64,000 nucleotides of DNA from Proteobacteria bacterium UBA4457 (GCA_002390205.1 DGOV01000074.1:15759-79758), one strand, 5' to 3'. Positions 43,510 to 53,081 are shown, counted from the first letter of the stretch. A program made the numbers and translations. The notes: generated by a model not told the origin, from the letters alone.

Positions 43510-44238
43510 ATGAACGCAGAGACTCATTCCGTCAAGCTGATCAGCGTGTCACGCCTTGCTGATCACGATTTAATCGACCTTTTAGAGAACGCTCGATGTC
43601 ATTACAAAGAAGACGTTGAAGAGCTAGCTGAGTCCGAGTTCATTACAACCTATTGTGCTCGTGTCTCTAATCCTAAAAATCAAGAAAACACGAAAACAGC
43701 TCCTCGGCTCTTGCGTTATCTGATGAAGCACAAACATTGGTCGCCTTTTGAAATGGCTAATATGGTTGTGGAAATCGATACGACTAGGGCAATTGCAGCT
43801 CAGATATTGCGTCACAGGAGCTTTTCATTCCAAGAATTCAGTCAGCGTTACAGCGATGTCTCTGACTTGCCATCCATAGGACTTCCTCTTCTCCGCACTC
43901 AAGACGCAAAGAACAAACAAGCAAGTCACGATGATTTGTCCCCAGAGCTGAAAGCTCGCTATGAAGGATACATTCAAGATCTTTATGCTGGAGCGACGGA
44001 TCTTTATCACAACATGCTTAGCAATGGTGTCGCAAAAGAATGTGCAAGATCAATCCTACCTCTTGGCACGCCTACTCGATTGCTAATGAATGGAACACTC
44101 CGCAGTTGGCTGCATTTTATACAAATCAGAAGCGGAGAGGAGACTCAATTGGAACATCGGATGATAGCTTTAGAGATTAAGGAAATCTTTAGAAAAGAGT
44201 TTCCAGTGATATATGAGGCAGCTTTTCCGGTATACTGA
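43510..44238 (+). CDS. thyX: Flavin-dependent thymidylate synthase
   Basis: ThyX signature 'RHRSFSFQEFSQRY' (RHRxxSxxxxSxRY). Confidence 0.95.
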   Translation: MNAETHSVKLISVSRLADHDLIDLLENARCHYKEDVEELAESEFITTYCARVSNPKNQENTKTAPRLLRYLMKHKHWSPFEMANMVVEIDTTRAIAAQILRHRSFSFQEFSQRYSDVSDLPSIGLPLLRTQDAKNKQASHDDLSPELKARYEGYIQDLYAGATDLYHNMLSNGVAKECARSILPLGTPTRLLMNGTLRSWLHFIQIRSGEETQLEHRMIALEIKEIFRKEFPVIYEAAFPVY

Positions 44239-44303
44239 TTACTGGGTGTTTCGTAATCAACACTTTGCGACTTCACTCTTGACGTTCTTTTCTTGAAAAT
44301 TAC

Positions 44304-44660
44304 ATGAAATCGATTATCGCTGCAAGCGCTCTTCTCGCTTCTGGCTCAGCTGCTCTTGCCGGCCCTTATGTTAGAGGGGAGGTAGAATTTAGAGGTATTG
44401 ACAACGATTATGGCAGTACAAAGACCCAGGCTCGTGTAGGCTACGAATACGACAAATCGAGCAAAGTGGCTCCTTACGTTGAGATCGGTGGAGGTGTCAT
44501 TGCGCCTGACAGAGAAAGTAGCCAAGGTCTTTTTGCTGTTGAAACCGGTCTAAAAGTAAACTTGACAGACAAGCTTACTGCCAAGGCTTCTGCTGAAAAT
44601 CTACGCTATGATGACAGCAATAGGTGGAAGGTGAAACTCGGGGCTAAATACGCATTTTAA
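44304..44660 (+). CDS. Secreted small beta-barrel outer-membrane-protein-like protein (118 aa)
   Basis: Signal peptide 'MKSIIAASALLASGSAALA|GPY'. Six amphipathic alternating beta-strand segments. C-terminal 'GAKYAF' resembles an OMP/BAM signature ending in Phe. Confidence 0.55.
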   Translation: MKSIIAASALLASGSAALAGPYVRGEVEFRGIDNDYGSTKTQARVGYEYDKSSKVAPYVEIGGGVIAPDRESSQGLFAVETGLKVNLTDKLTAKASAENLRYDDSNRWKVKLGAKYAF

Positions 44661-44767
44661 AAGCTGAATAGATCAAGGCGGGTGCAATTCCCGCTACAGC
44701 TATTAGACAGCCAAGTCTTAAAACTGGTCTTATTTAATCGCTTCAAAAAACATGCATTTTTACTCTC

Positions 44768-45847
44768 ATGATCGCTTCATCTCAGTTACAACAACAAAAG
44801 GCAGGCTGGCAGCAGTTCTGTGAGTGGGTCACCTCCACTAACAATCGTCTTTATGTCGGTTGGTTCGGTGTGTTGATGATCCCCACACTGCTTGCCGCTA
44901 CCACTTGCTTCATCGTTGCTTTTATCGCCGCACCTCCGGTTGATATCGACGGCATCCGCGAACCTGTTGCAGGAGCTTTACTCTATGGAAACAACATCAT
45001 CTCAGGTGCGGTCGTACCTAGCAGCAATGCAATTGGTCTACATCTCTACCCCATCTGGGAGGCAGCAAGCCTCGATGAGTGGCTCTACAACGGGGGACCT
45101 TTCCAGCTTATTGTCTTCCATTTCCTTATCGGTATCTGGTCTTACATGGGACGAGAATGGGAACTTAGTTATCGACTAGGTATGCGCCCTTGGATCTGTG
45201 TCGCTTATTCAGCGCCAGTGGCTGCAGCTTCTGCAGTATTTCTCGTCTATCCCTTCGGGCAAGGTTCATTCTCTGATGCAATGCCACTCGGAATCAGCGG
45301 AACATTCAACTACATGCTTGTTTTCCAAGCAGAGCATAATATCCTCATGCACCCGTTTCATATGCTGGGTGTCGCCGGTATCTTTGGCGGTAGTCTTTTT
45401 TCTGCTATGCACGGAAGCTTGGTTACAAGCTCACTCGTTCGCGAGACAACCGAAACAGTATCTCAAAACTATGGCTACAAGTTTGGCCAAGAGGAAGAAA
45501 CGTATAACATTGTGGCTGCTCATGGCTACTTTGGTCGCCTTATCTTTCAGTACGCTTCCTTTAATAATAGCCGTAGCCTGCACTTCTTTCTCGCTGCCTG
45601 GCCTGTGGTTGGTATCTGGTTTACTGCTTTAGGTGTCAGTACAATGGCCTTTAATCTCAATGGATTCAACTTCAACCAATCGATCGTCGGCTCTCAAGGA
45701 CGTGTCATCAACACCTGGGCGGACGTCCTTAACCGAGCAGGACTCGGAATGGAGGTCATGCACGAAAGGAATGCACACAACTTCCCACTCGATCTTGCGT
45801 CATCTAGCACCACACCTGTGGCCTTAACCGCGCCTTTAATCGGATGA
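44768..45847 (+). CDS. psbA: Photosystem II reaction-centre protein D1
   Basis: Full-length, uninterrupted D1 ('[37 protein letters not shown]', '[13 protein letters not shown]' plus a 15-aa C-terminal extension). Glu at position 130 (D1:2-like). 'RETTETVSQ' fits the viral R/KETTxxxSQ/H pattern. Confidence 0.99.
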   Translation: MIASSQLQQQKAGWQQFCEWVTSTNNRLYVGWFGVLMIPTLLAATTCFIVAFIAAPPVDIDGIREPVAGALLYGNNIISGAVVPSSNAIGLHLYPIWEAASLDEWLYNGGPFQLIVFHFLIGIWSYMGREWELSYRLGMRPWICVAYSAPVAAASAVFLVYPFGQGSFSDAMPLGISGTFNYMLVFQAEHNILMHPFHMLGVAGIFGGSLFSAMHGSLVTSSLVRETTETVSQNYGYKFGQEEETYNIVAAHGYFGRLIFQYASFNNSRSLHFFLAAWPVVGIWFTALGVSTMAFNLNGFNFNQSIVGSQGRVINTWADVLNRAGLGMEVMHERNAHNFPLDLASSSTTPVALTAPLIG

Positions 45848-46062
45848 CTATTGTCAAAGAAGATGGTGGAAGGTTAAACACTTACGCTGTCGAACCTATC
45901 ATGTATTATGACCAAGCAACCAAGGACGAACTTATGAGCGACAACTACGAAAGCCACAACACCAAAGCAGAACGCCTTAACGGTCGACTAGCTATGCTGG
46001 GATTCATTGCAGCCATCGGAGCTTATGCCCTCACTGGCCAAATTATTCCAGGAGTCTTCTAA
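45844..46062 (+). CDS. hli: High-light-inducible protein (one-helix CAB family)
   Basis: '[23 protein letters not shown]'. Its ATG overlaps the psbA stop (ATGA). Confidence 0.9.
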   Translation: MTIVKEDGGRLNTYAVEPIMYYDQATKDELMSDNYESHNTKAERLNGRLAMLGFIAAIGAYALTGQIIPGVF

Positions 46063-46072
46063 GGCATGTAGT

Positions 46073-46112
46073 CAATAACTCCGAATTCCCTATAAGAACT
46101 TTGGAGTTATTG
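46073..46112 (+). other. 10-bp inverted repeat CAATAACTCC ... GGAGTTATTG closing the psbA-hli cassette
   Basis: Perfect 10-bp stem with a 20-nt loop, 11 nt after the hli stop. No U-run follows. Confidence 0.4.
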
Positions 46113-46196
46113 GCTACCGACTTACCCGCTAATTGTCTCCTAATTATCTCTTGATTGGGAGACATAAACAAGTTAACCCACATGAGGTCTTTTTTT

Positions 46197-46862
46197 ATGG
46201 CTCGGCATACTACAGCGACGAGATGTCAGGCCATGACTGCAGAGTTTAAGGAAGCGAAGCCTCCATACAATCCAGGTCCTATTTGGACTTTTCAACGAGG
46301 TTATAAGGTTAACGAAGCTGGCCGACACGAAAACGAAGAGCAATATAGAGCTTTTCAGTTTTACCTCAACAGTGGAGGAAGTCGCACCTTAGAAAGTACT
46401 GCTGAGTTTTCTAGCCGTCAAGCCGAGACTGTTTCAGCTTGGGGTAAAAAATACAAATGGGACAGGCGGTGTGCAGCATATGACAGAAAGCAAATGGCAA
46501 TAACATTTAAAGAAGCTAATAAGATAGAGCGAGGTCAGCAACGAAAAGCTATCCAAGAATTTAGAGTTGCTAATGAAGAGCAAGCCCGTCAGATGATGGA
46601 TGTATCCTCGGACTTAATGGCAATTATCCAGTCACGTATAGCTAAAGCACAAGCAGAAGGAGAAGACATTCCGATGGCCCTAGTTTCTGGCCTGATCAGG
46701 GCTGCAGCAAACATTTCCGACTCTGGTCGTCAATCTTGGGCCACTTCTCTTGGTATCAGTCAGCTGATGGAGGTTGTAGATCAAGAGCTAGAGGAAGTCC
46801 AAGTCGAAATCCTTGAAGACTCAAAAGATGAAGCTTACGAAATCCCACTGGATGAAGACTGA
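46197..46862 (+). CDS. terS: Terminase small subunit (candidate)
   Basis: Stop overlaps the terL ATG. HTH-like 'RTLESTAEFSSRQAETVSAWGKKYKW' followed by a helical region. ATG 46197 has RBS 'gagg' (the track's TTG is at 46155). Confidence 0.55.
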   Translation: MARHTTATRCQAMTAEFKEAKPPYNPGPIWTFQRGYKVNEAGRHENEEQYRAFQFYLNSGGSRTLESTAEFSSRQAETVSAWGKKYKWDRRCAAYDRKQMAITFKEANKIERGQQRKAIQEFRVANEEQARQMMDVSSDLMAIIQSRIAKAQAEGEDIPMALVSGLIRAAANISDSGRQSWATSLGISQLMEVVDQELEEVQVEILEDSKDEAYEIPLDED

Positions 46863-48379
46863 TGTCAAGTAAATTAGGCAACGACTTTCTTGATTACGCT
46901 GCTTCTGATCAAGACCTGATTAAAGAAGTTAAGCGTAAAAAATCAACAAAATCAGCCGATCGAGTCATTTTGTGGAAGTTCATCCGCAAAGTGCTTCCTC
47001 AATACAAATTTTACAAATTTCATGCTAAAGTCATTGAACAGCTCCAAAGAGTTATTGATGGACAATGCAATCGACTCATACTTCAAGTCCCGCCGCGACA
47101 TGGAAAGAGCCTCCTTGCATCGCAACTACTTCCTGCTGCTTACCTTCTTGCTCATCCCGACCGTTATGTGGGTATCAGTTCTTACTCCTCAGAGCTTGCC
47201 GAAGGGTTCTCCCGCAAGGCAAGGGGGTATTTCAAGGAAGGTGGAGGATTACTGAGTGAAGACAGTAAGGCCGTCAATGCTTGGGGGACACAAGGAGGAG
47301 GAGGCCTTTGGGCTGCAGGCGTCGGAGGCGCTGTAACTGGCCGTTCTGGGCATCTTCTCATTGTAGATGATCCAGTAAAAAACAGAGAGGATGCTGAATC
47401 TTCCAGGATAATGGAAAAGTTAAACGATTGGTACACCTCAACACTTTATACTCGCCTTGAGCCTAAAGTGGGCGCTATCGTGGTAATTCAAACTCGTTGG
47501 TCTGAGAATGATATGATTGGGAGACTTTTAGAGAATGAGCAAAATGTTTCAGAAAAAGGTCGTGAGAACTGGACGATTGTAGATTTGCCGGCAATTTTTG
47601 AAGAAGCCGGCGATCGTCCCAAGCTTCCTGAGCATTGCAAGGTAGTAGAAGATTGGAGAGAGGAAATTGGTTCTGCCTTGTGCCCTCAAAGGTACGGGAA
47701 GGAGGATTTAGAAAGAATTAGAGAAGCAATTGGATCAAGAGATTTTGCATCTTTGTATCAACAAAGACCAGCTCCAGAGAGTGGCAACATGTTTGCTCCA
47801 AATTGGTGGCAATTTTACGGGATGGACACCCCCCTTCCTGATTTTTCTAGAGTAATGCTGTCGGTTGACTGTACTTTTACAGACGCAAAGAAAAGCGATT
47901 ACGTAGTAGGGGTTGTTGTAGCTCAAGCCGGTTCACAATTTTATGTCATGGATTTAGTTAGAGAGAAGTTAGACGTAATAGGCACTATGGCTATGATTGC
48001 CAGACTTTATAAACGACATCAACTACAAGGCACAGTAATAGAGCTTGCGGCATCTGGTTATGCTGTCTATCAAATGCTAAGCAAAAAAGTCCCGGGACTG
48101 ATTGGCGTGAAGCCCGAAAAATCCAAAATAGCCCGAGCTTCAGCTATAGTGCCAATGATAGAAGCTGGTAACGTATATCTGCCGGCCTCAGCTCCTTGGC
48201 TCGACTCCTTCATCTCTGAGTTTAGTTTATTTCCCGCATCCAAAAATGATGATCAAGTTGACGCTTTAACACAAGCGATTACGTATATGGCTCAACGTTC
48301 TATTCCGCAGATGACAGAAGTTACGTGGGGAAGAGGAGATAAGATTCTACCAGCGAGCTCTAGATACAATGCATGGTAG
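46862..48379 (+). CDS. terL: Terminase large subunit
   Basis: Walker A-like 'VPPRHGKS', Walker B 'HLLIVDDP', 'VIQTRWSENDMIGRL', and nuclease-domain 'KNDDQVDALTQAI'. Confidence 0.9.
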   Translation: MSSKLGNDFLDYAASDQDLIKEVKRKKSTKSADRVILWKFIRKVLPQYKFYKFHAKVIEQLQRVIDGQCNRLILQVPPRHGKSLLASQLLPAAYLLAHPDRYVGISSYSSELAEGFSRKARGYFKEGGGLLSEDSKAVNAWGTQGGGGLWAAGVGGAVTGRSGHLLIVDDPVKNREDAESSRIMEKLNDWYTSTLYTRLEPKVGAIVVIQTRWSENDMIGRLLENEQNVSEKGRENWTIVDLPAIFEEAGDRPKLPEHCKVVEDWREEIGSALCPQRYGKEDLERIREAIGSRDFASLYQQRPAPESGNMFAPNWWQFYGMDTPLPDFSRVMLSVDCTFTDAKKSDYVVGVVVAQAGSQFYVMDLVREKLDVIGTMAMIARLYKRHQLQGTVIELAASGYAVYQMLSKKVPGLIGVKPEKSKIARASAIVPMIEAGNVYLPASAPWLDSFISEFSLFPASKNDDQVDALTQAITYMAQRSIPQMTEVTWGRGDKILPASSRYNAW

Positions 48380-48406
48380 ACTGTAAGTACTTTGACTGTA
48401 TAGGTT

Positions 48407-49141
48407 TTGGCTAGAAAACCAGCAAAATTTAAACTGTCAAAAGAGCAACAGTTACTTGCGTCGAATAACTTAAATCTTGCCCGAAAGGAAGCCTGGCGTC
48501 TTCAACGCACGACTGGTATCGAGTATTCAACACTAGAATCTGTCGCTTTTGAAGGTTTATGCAAAGCTGCGTACAGATATGATCCGTCTCGACCTCATCC
48601 AGTCACAGGAGAAAGTATGAGATTTAGCTCATTAGCTACTCCCACTATCCGAGGAGAGTTGTTGCATTGGATTAGGGATAAGACATATTCTGTGCGCTTA
48701 AGTCATAAAATGAGGGAAAACTGGATCAAGGGGCGCAAGCTTCTTTATAAAGGCTCAACCGACCTAGAAATCGCAAAAGAACTAGGCCTTCAGACATTCG
48801 AATGGCTAGAGGTCAGGAAGGTTTGCTCTGGTCCTCCTTTAGAGTTAAAAGACCAGGCTCAGCCCACAGAACCTCTGGAGCCTGTTGAAATGTCCTTTGA
48901 TCTTTATTACCTTGAGGTTGTGGATGAAGCCTTGCTGAGGTTGAAAGAGTGCGAGGCTGACCACGTCAATAGCTTGGAAGTTTACTTGAATGGCCTGGGC
49001 AGGAAGATCCCGGTCAAGGCAGCCACTGTGTTCACTGACTTATGCGGCTGCGATACCGCCAACTGGGAGGATGAGCTTAGTGACGAACTCATGGGGAATC
49101 AAGACTTAGGCAATGAGCGGTATCAGTCGTCTCTTTTCTGA
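48407..49141 (+). CDS. Second sigma-70-like protein (region 2 + one HTH, no clear region 4, acidic tail)
   Basis: TTG start. Region 2-like 'AFEGLCKAAYRYDPS...RFSSLATPTIRGELLHWIRD'. HTH 'STDLEIAKELGLQTFEWLEVRK'. The C-terminal ~100 aa are acidic and unassigned. Confidence 0.6.
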   Translation: MARKPAKFKLSKEQQLLASNNLNLARKEAWRLQRTTGIEYSTLESVAFEGLCKAAYRYDPSRPHPVTGESMRFSSLATPTIRGELLHWIRDKTYSVRLSHKMRENWIKGRKLLYKGSTDLEIAKELGLQTFEWLEVRKVCSGPPLELKDQAQPTEPLEPVEMSFDLYYLEVVDEALLRLKECEADHVNSLEVYLNGLGRKIPVKAATVFTDLCGCDTANWEDELSDELMGNQDLGNERYQSSLF

Positions 49142-49174
49142 TATACTGCACTGAGTTTTAGTAAGGGAAAACCT

Positions 49175-50758
49175 ATGGGTATCAAGCCGCAAACGCTTGA
49201 AAGAATCAAGGAAGGGTCTCTGTCTAAGATAATAGAAGCGACAGGAGGAGGCCTCAAGAAAGTCGGTTATGAATTCGTTACGTCTTGCCCCTGGCACGAC
49301 GACACTAACCCTTCCCTGACTATTAGCGACCGTAAAGGCTTTTGTTTCTGTCACGTCTGCCGAGAGGGTGGCGATGCTATTGACTATATTCAGAAGAAAA
49401 AGGGATTGACATGGAGAGAAGCTTGCGAATTAGCCGCTGGCATATTAGGCGTCCAAATAGAAACAGACGACGCGAACCCAGAAGAAGTTGCTCGTCAGAG
49501 GGAACTTCGTAAGAAAAATATACAAAAGCTTAATCTAGAAAATAAACAATACGTGCATAATTTACATTATGATAGTAAAACAGAATCAATTCGTCAGATA
49601 CTTAAAGATCGAGGGATCACGAAAGAGTCAGCCACTGAATTTGAATTGGGATTTGCTCCTACAGGCTTTTTCTCTGACAGGATAACAATTCCAATTTACA
49701 ATCATTTAAATCAACTTGTGGGATGGACCGGGCGAGCATGTAGAGACCAGCCAGGTAAATATAAAAATACAGCAGACAGCGATATATTTCACAAAAAACA
49801 GCTTGTCTTTAACGAGTATCGAGCAGTAAATGCAGCCAAAGAAGCCGGCGGACTTATTTTTGTGGAAGGTCACTTAGACGTCGTTACCATGTGGCAGCAC
49901 GGCATACGCAATGTCGTGGCCATGCAAGGAACGGCTGCCCCGGATCCGCTTGTGTTACAGCGATTGTCTCGTAATATTAAGAACTTTATATTATGTTATG
50001 ACGGCGACGCTGGCGGACGGAAAGCGGTTGAGCAGTTCTTGTCAGTAGCTCAAGGATTAGCTCTTAAAGGTGAAGTCAATATCAATGTAGCAACGCTTCC
50101 TCCCGGCCAAGATCCAGACGAAATTCTTAGGAGTGGATCTGACCTTTATCAATACATCGCTGGTGCTCCTTCCTGGTTAGATTGGGTCATAGACGAATGG
50201 GTTGAACATATGGACATTAACGACACTTCTATGGTTATCAACGTAGAGCAAAAGTTAAAAGCTTTAATCAATAGTTTACGGTCAAAAGCTTTAAGGGCTC
50301 ATTATATTGGCCGTGCGGCTCAGGTGTTGTCTTCTACTGAAAAAGAAGCTGAAAAGCTTTCCAAGGGATGGGAGACTACAGGCTTTGAACCATTGACTGA
50401 ATCGGTCTGGGTGCCGCGCAGTCCTCATGAAGCAAGGTTCGCAGTCGAGCGCCGAATGGTGCGTATTTTTGTACACTGCCCCGAAAGGAGGGAAGAGTTG
50501 CTTCCTATGTTCGAGAAAGTTACAAGTCCAGCGGTTAAATGGTTGTGCCAAAGGCTTATAGAACTTGAATCTTTTTGCAGTACGGACTTAACTCCTCACA
50601 GCGTCATGGCTATTGTCGCTACGGCAGAGCCTCATTATATGTCTCAGCTTCGTACCCTCATCCGTCCTAACGTGATTATTGATGACAGGCCAGGAGTCCT
50701 GAAGCACTTGCATGATACACTGATGTCAGACTCTTTATCCTTCGAATCAATTTTCTGA
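49175..50758 (+). CDS. dnaG: DnaG-type DNA primase
   Basis: CHC2 zinc finger 'CPWHDDTNPSLTI...CFCHVCREGGDAIDYI'. TOPRIM 'FVEGHLDVVTM' and 'CYDGDAGGRKA'. Confidence 0.9.
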   Translation: MGIKPQTLERIKEGSLSKIIEATGGGLKKVGYEFVTSCPWHDDTNPSLTISDRKGFCFCHVCREGGDAIDYIQKKKGLTWREACELAAGILGVQIETDDANPEEVARQRELRKKNIQKLNLENKQYVHNLHYDSKTESIRQILKDRGITKESATEFELGFAPTGFFSDRITIPIYNHLNQLVGWTGRACRDQPGKYKNTADSDIFHKKQLVFNEYRAVNAAKEAGGLIFVEGHLDVVTMWQHGIRNVVAMQGTAAPDPLVLQRLSRNIKNFILCYDGDAGGRKAVEQFLSVAQGLALKGEVNINVATLPPGQDPDEILRSGSDLYQYIAGAPSWLDWVIDEWVEHMDINDTSMVINVEQKLKALINSLRSKALRAHYIGRAAQVLSSTEKEAEKLSKGWETTGFEPLTESVWVPRSPHEARFAVERRMVRIFVHCPERREELLPMFEKVTSPAVKWLCQRLIELESFCSTDLTPHSVMAIVATAEPHYMSQLRTLIRPNVIIDDRPGVLKHLHDTLMSDSLSFESIF

Positions 50759-52029
50759 TGTCCCTAACTCCTATCAGCCACTTAAGGGGCGAAGTCCTGG
50801 CTCTCTATGAAAAACATGGCTCATATCTCGGTACGGCCACTGCTTTATTTGAGGCTCATCCTTATCTTGCTAAGCCAAACCAATTGAGAGGATACGTTAA
50901 GTCAGAGATAACAATGCTTGAACCGGACGTTGAAATAATAAGCGAAACAGTCCGACTCGCCAAAGGGAATCAAAAGCTTCAAGATCTTCAAAGAGTTGAA
51001 CGAAAAGCGTTTCGAGAACATGCGCGTATAGAGAACGCTGTCGCAGAATACAGTAAAGCTATAGTTGAAGAATTGGAAAGGCATGGCTCTTCTTTGGTGG
51101 ATTGTCCCAAAAGGACGGAACCATTGAACCCAGAGGCAGCTGTGTTGGTTGTTCATCTCAGCGATAACCATTGGAACGAATTAGTTGATCTTCCTACTAA
51201 TCGATTCGATTTTGAGGTTGGAGCTAAAAGGCTGTCACTTTTTGCTCAAAAGATCAAACTTCTCAGCAAAGCTTGCGGAGCAGGTCGTGTTGTTGTGTTT
51301 TTCGGAGGAGATTTGATGAATAGTGATCGACGCCTTGATGAATTGCTTTCCATGAGCACTAATCGTGCTAAGGCTACTATCCTTACGGTCCATTTATTCA
51401 AGCAATTTTTATTGGATTTGCGAGCAAATTTTACTGTTGACTGTTTTGGTATAGCCGGAAATGAATCTCGAGCCAAAGACACTTTGGGCTGGGTTGACAT
51501 GGTGGCTACTGATAGCTATGACTTTACTATCTACTCAATGCTTCAAATTCTATTCAATACAACACAGGATGAAGGTATGCGTTTTCATGACTTTCAAGCC
51601 AACGAAGTCGTTTTTAAGATTCATAATGAAACTTTCCTAGGTCTACATGGTCATCAGGTCTCGGCTACTGACCAAAAGAAAGTACAAGCTATTATCGGGA
51701 AATACGCTGCGAAAGGAATTAATGTTACTCACATTCTTTGTGGTCATATCCACAGCACTATGGTCTCTGATTACATATCCCGTAACGCTAGTTTGGTGGG
51801 TAGTAATGCCTACTCTGAAGAAGCGCTCGGATTCGTTTCTCGTGCGGCTCAGAACTGCCACATCGTTACGAAACAAGGATTGGACGGGGTTAAATGTGAC
51901 CTTCAGAATGTCGATGGAGTGGAGGGCTATGAGATTATTTCAAAGCTTGCCGAGTATAATGCGAAGAGCGCTGATAAGGTTTATTTGGAAATGCGAGAAC
52001 CTCAAACGGTCATTCAAGTAGTAGTTTAA
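50758..52029 (+). CDS. Calcineurin-like metallophosphoesterase (possible Mre11/SbcD-type nuclease)
   Basis: Motifs 'VVHLSDNHWN', 'GGDLMNSDR', 'AGNESR', 'LHGH' and 'CGHIH'. ATGA-coupled to the primase gene. Confidence 0.7.
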   Translation: MSLTPISHLRGEVLALYEKHGSYLGTATALFEAHPYLAKPNQLRGYVKSEITMLEPDVEIISETVRLAKGNQKLQDLQRVERKAFREHARIENAVAEYSKAIVEELERHGSSLVDCPKRTEPLNPEAAVLVVHLSDNHWNELVDLPTNRFDFEVGAKRLSLFAQKIKLLSKACGAGRVVVFFGGDLMNSDRRLDELLSMSTNRAKATILTVHLFKQFLLDLRANFTVDCFGIAGNESRAKDTLGWVDMVATDSYDFTIYSMLQILFNTTQDEGMRFHDFQANEVVFKIHNETFLGLHGHQVSATDQKKVQAIIGKYAAKGINVTHILCGHIHSTMVSDYISRNASLVGSNAYSEEALGFVSRAAQNCHIVTKQGLDGVKCDLQNVDGVEGYEIISKLAEYNAKSADKVYLEMREPQTVIQVVV

Positions 52030-52064
52030 CCTTAGTGCTCAGGGTCCTGAATTGCTTGTAATGT

Positions 52065-52073
52065 GGTAAACTA
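52065..52073 (+). promoter_or_regulatory. GGTAAACTA box (TGGTAAACT extended -10) upstream of the glutaredoxin gene
   Basis: Exact 9-mer copy, intergenic, 62 nt upstream of ATG 52136. Confidence 0.45.
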
Positions 52074-52135
52074 CACTCATGTGAACCTGCGAGACCTATC
52101 CTGAGCAATCAATTCCTATCTATTCAGACTTTCAA

Positions 52136-52363
52136 ATGACCACACTTTTAGCTTTGGATGATTCCGTGTCCTATGCGGAGATATACACTTCAGAGTCTTG
52201 TCCTTGGTGTATCAAGGCTAAAATTCTTTTGGAACAGTTCGGCATTCCGTATGCTGAAAAAGAAGGTCCACATCCTTCTTATGCTACCGTTCCCTTTATC
52301 ATTATAAACGATAAAGCTATTGGCGGTTTCTTAGAATTACGCAGGTACCTATCTGAACTTTAA
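52136..52363 (+). CDS. Glutaredoxin
   Basis: 75 aa with 'CPWC' active site and 'VPFIIINDKAIGGF'. Confidence 0.8.
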   Translation: MTTLLALDDSVSYAEIYTSESCPWCIKAKILLEQFGIPYAEKEGPHPSYATVPFIIINDKAIGGFLELRRYLSEL

Positions 52364-52370
52364 AGTTTTT

Positions 52371-53081
52371 ATGATTTCTTTCTTAACTCAACAAAAGAAA
52401 CGCCTTACTGTTGTTGGTCTTCTTTTAACTACACTAAGCGGAAGCAGCTCAGCCGCACAAGATTACTGTATTCCTGCGGATGCCCCACTTTCGGCGCATT
52501 TAGCTGCTCTATCTAAGGTCAAAGAAGAGCCCAAAACCATTGCCCCTGTAGCTCCAGATATCCATCTACAATTAAAGCCACTGGCTGATCTCTTGGCTAG
52601 CGGAGAAGGTGATTACAACTCTGTCAACAGAGGATGGGCGGGAGATACCCCCCAAGGTATTAATGGACTCACTGGCATCTCTTTCTCGGACTACACGGTT
52701 CAGGAAGTTTTAAATATGCAAACGAGTTACATCTATGCTGTTGGCCGTTATCAGTTAATCCCTCGCACTCTTCGTTTTGCTGTAAATAGTTCGTCTGTTT
52801 CAGTTCAAGACAAATTCACGAACGAAGTCCAAGATCGTCTAATGGCGGCTTTGATCCTTTACAAGCGACCTCTCATTATCACTTACCTACAAGGAAGCCA
52901 TAACAACCTCAATGCAGCTCTAGGAGCGTTAGCAAGAGAATGGGCTTCTGTCGAGTATAGTAATGGCTATAGCTACTATTCACGCGTCGGTGGAAATCGA
53001 GCTAGTATTAGTCGGGAGCGAGTGTCTCGGGTATTACGAAATTTAAAGAAAACATGGCAAGCATCTGGCGCTTTACCATGA
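52371..53081 (+). CDS. Secreted/SAR lambda-R-like lytic transglycosylase (GH104-like)
   Basis: N-terminal signal/anchor 'RLTVVGLLLTTLSGSSSAA'. 'SGEGDYNSVN' can be compared with lambda R 'SEGT'. 'AVGRYQLIPRTL...QDKFTNEVQDRLMAALI' can be compared with lambda R 'GAGRYQLLSRWW...FSPKSQDAVAL'. Confidence 0.55.
   Translation: MISFLTQQKKRLTVVGLLLTTLSGSSSAAQDYCIPADAPLSAHLAALSKVKEEPKTIAPVAPDIHLQLKPLADLLASGEGDYNSVNRGWAGDTPQGINGLTGISFSDYTVQEVLNMQTSYIYAVGRYQLIPRTLRFAVNSSSVSVQDKFTNEVQDRLMAALILYKRPLIITYLQGSHNNLNAALGALAREWASVEYSNGYSYYSRVGGNRASISRERVSRVLRNLKKTWQASGALP

Noticed and set aside
44768-45847. I checked psbA for a group I intron, an intein or truncation.
   Set aside because: The ORF is continuous, has canonical length (359 aa) and is collinear with D1 from end to end.
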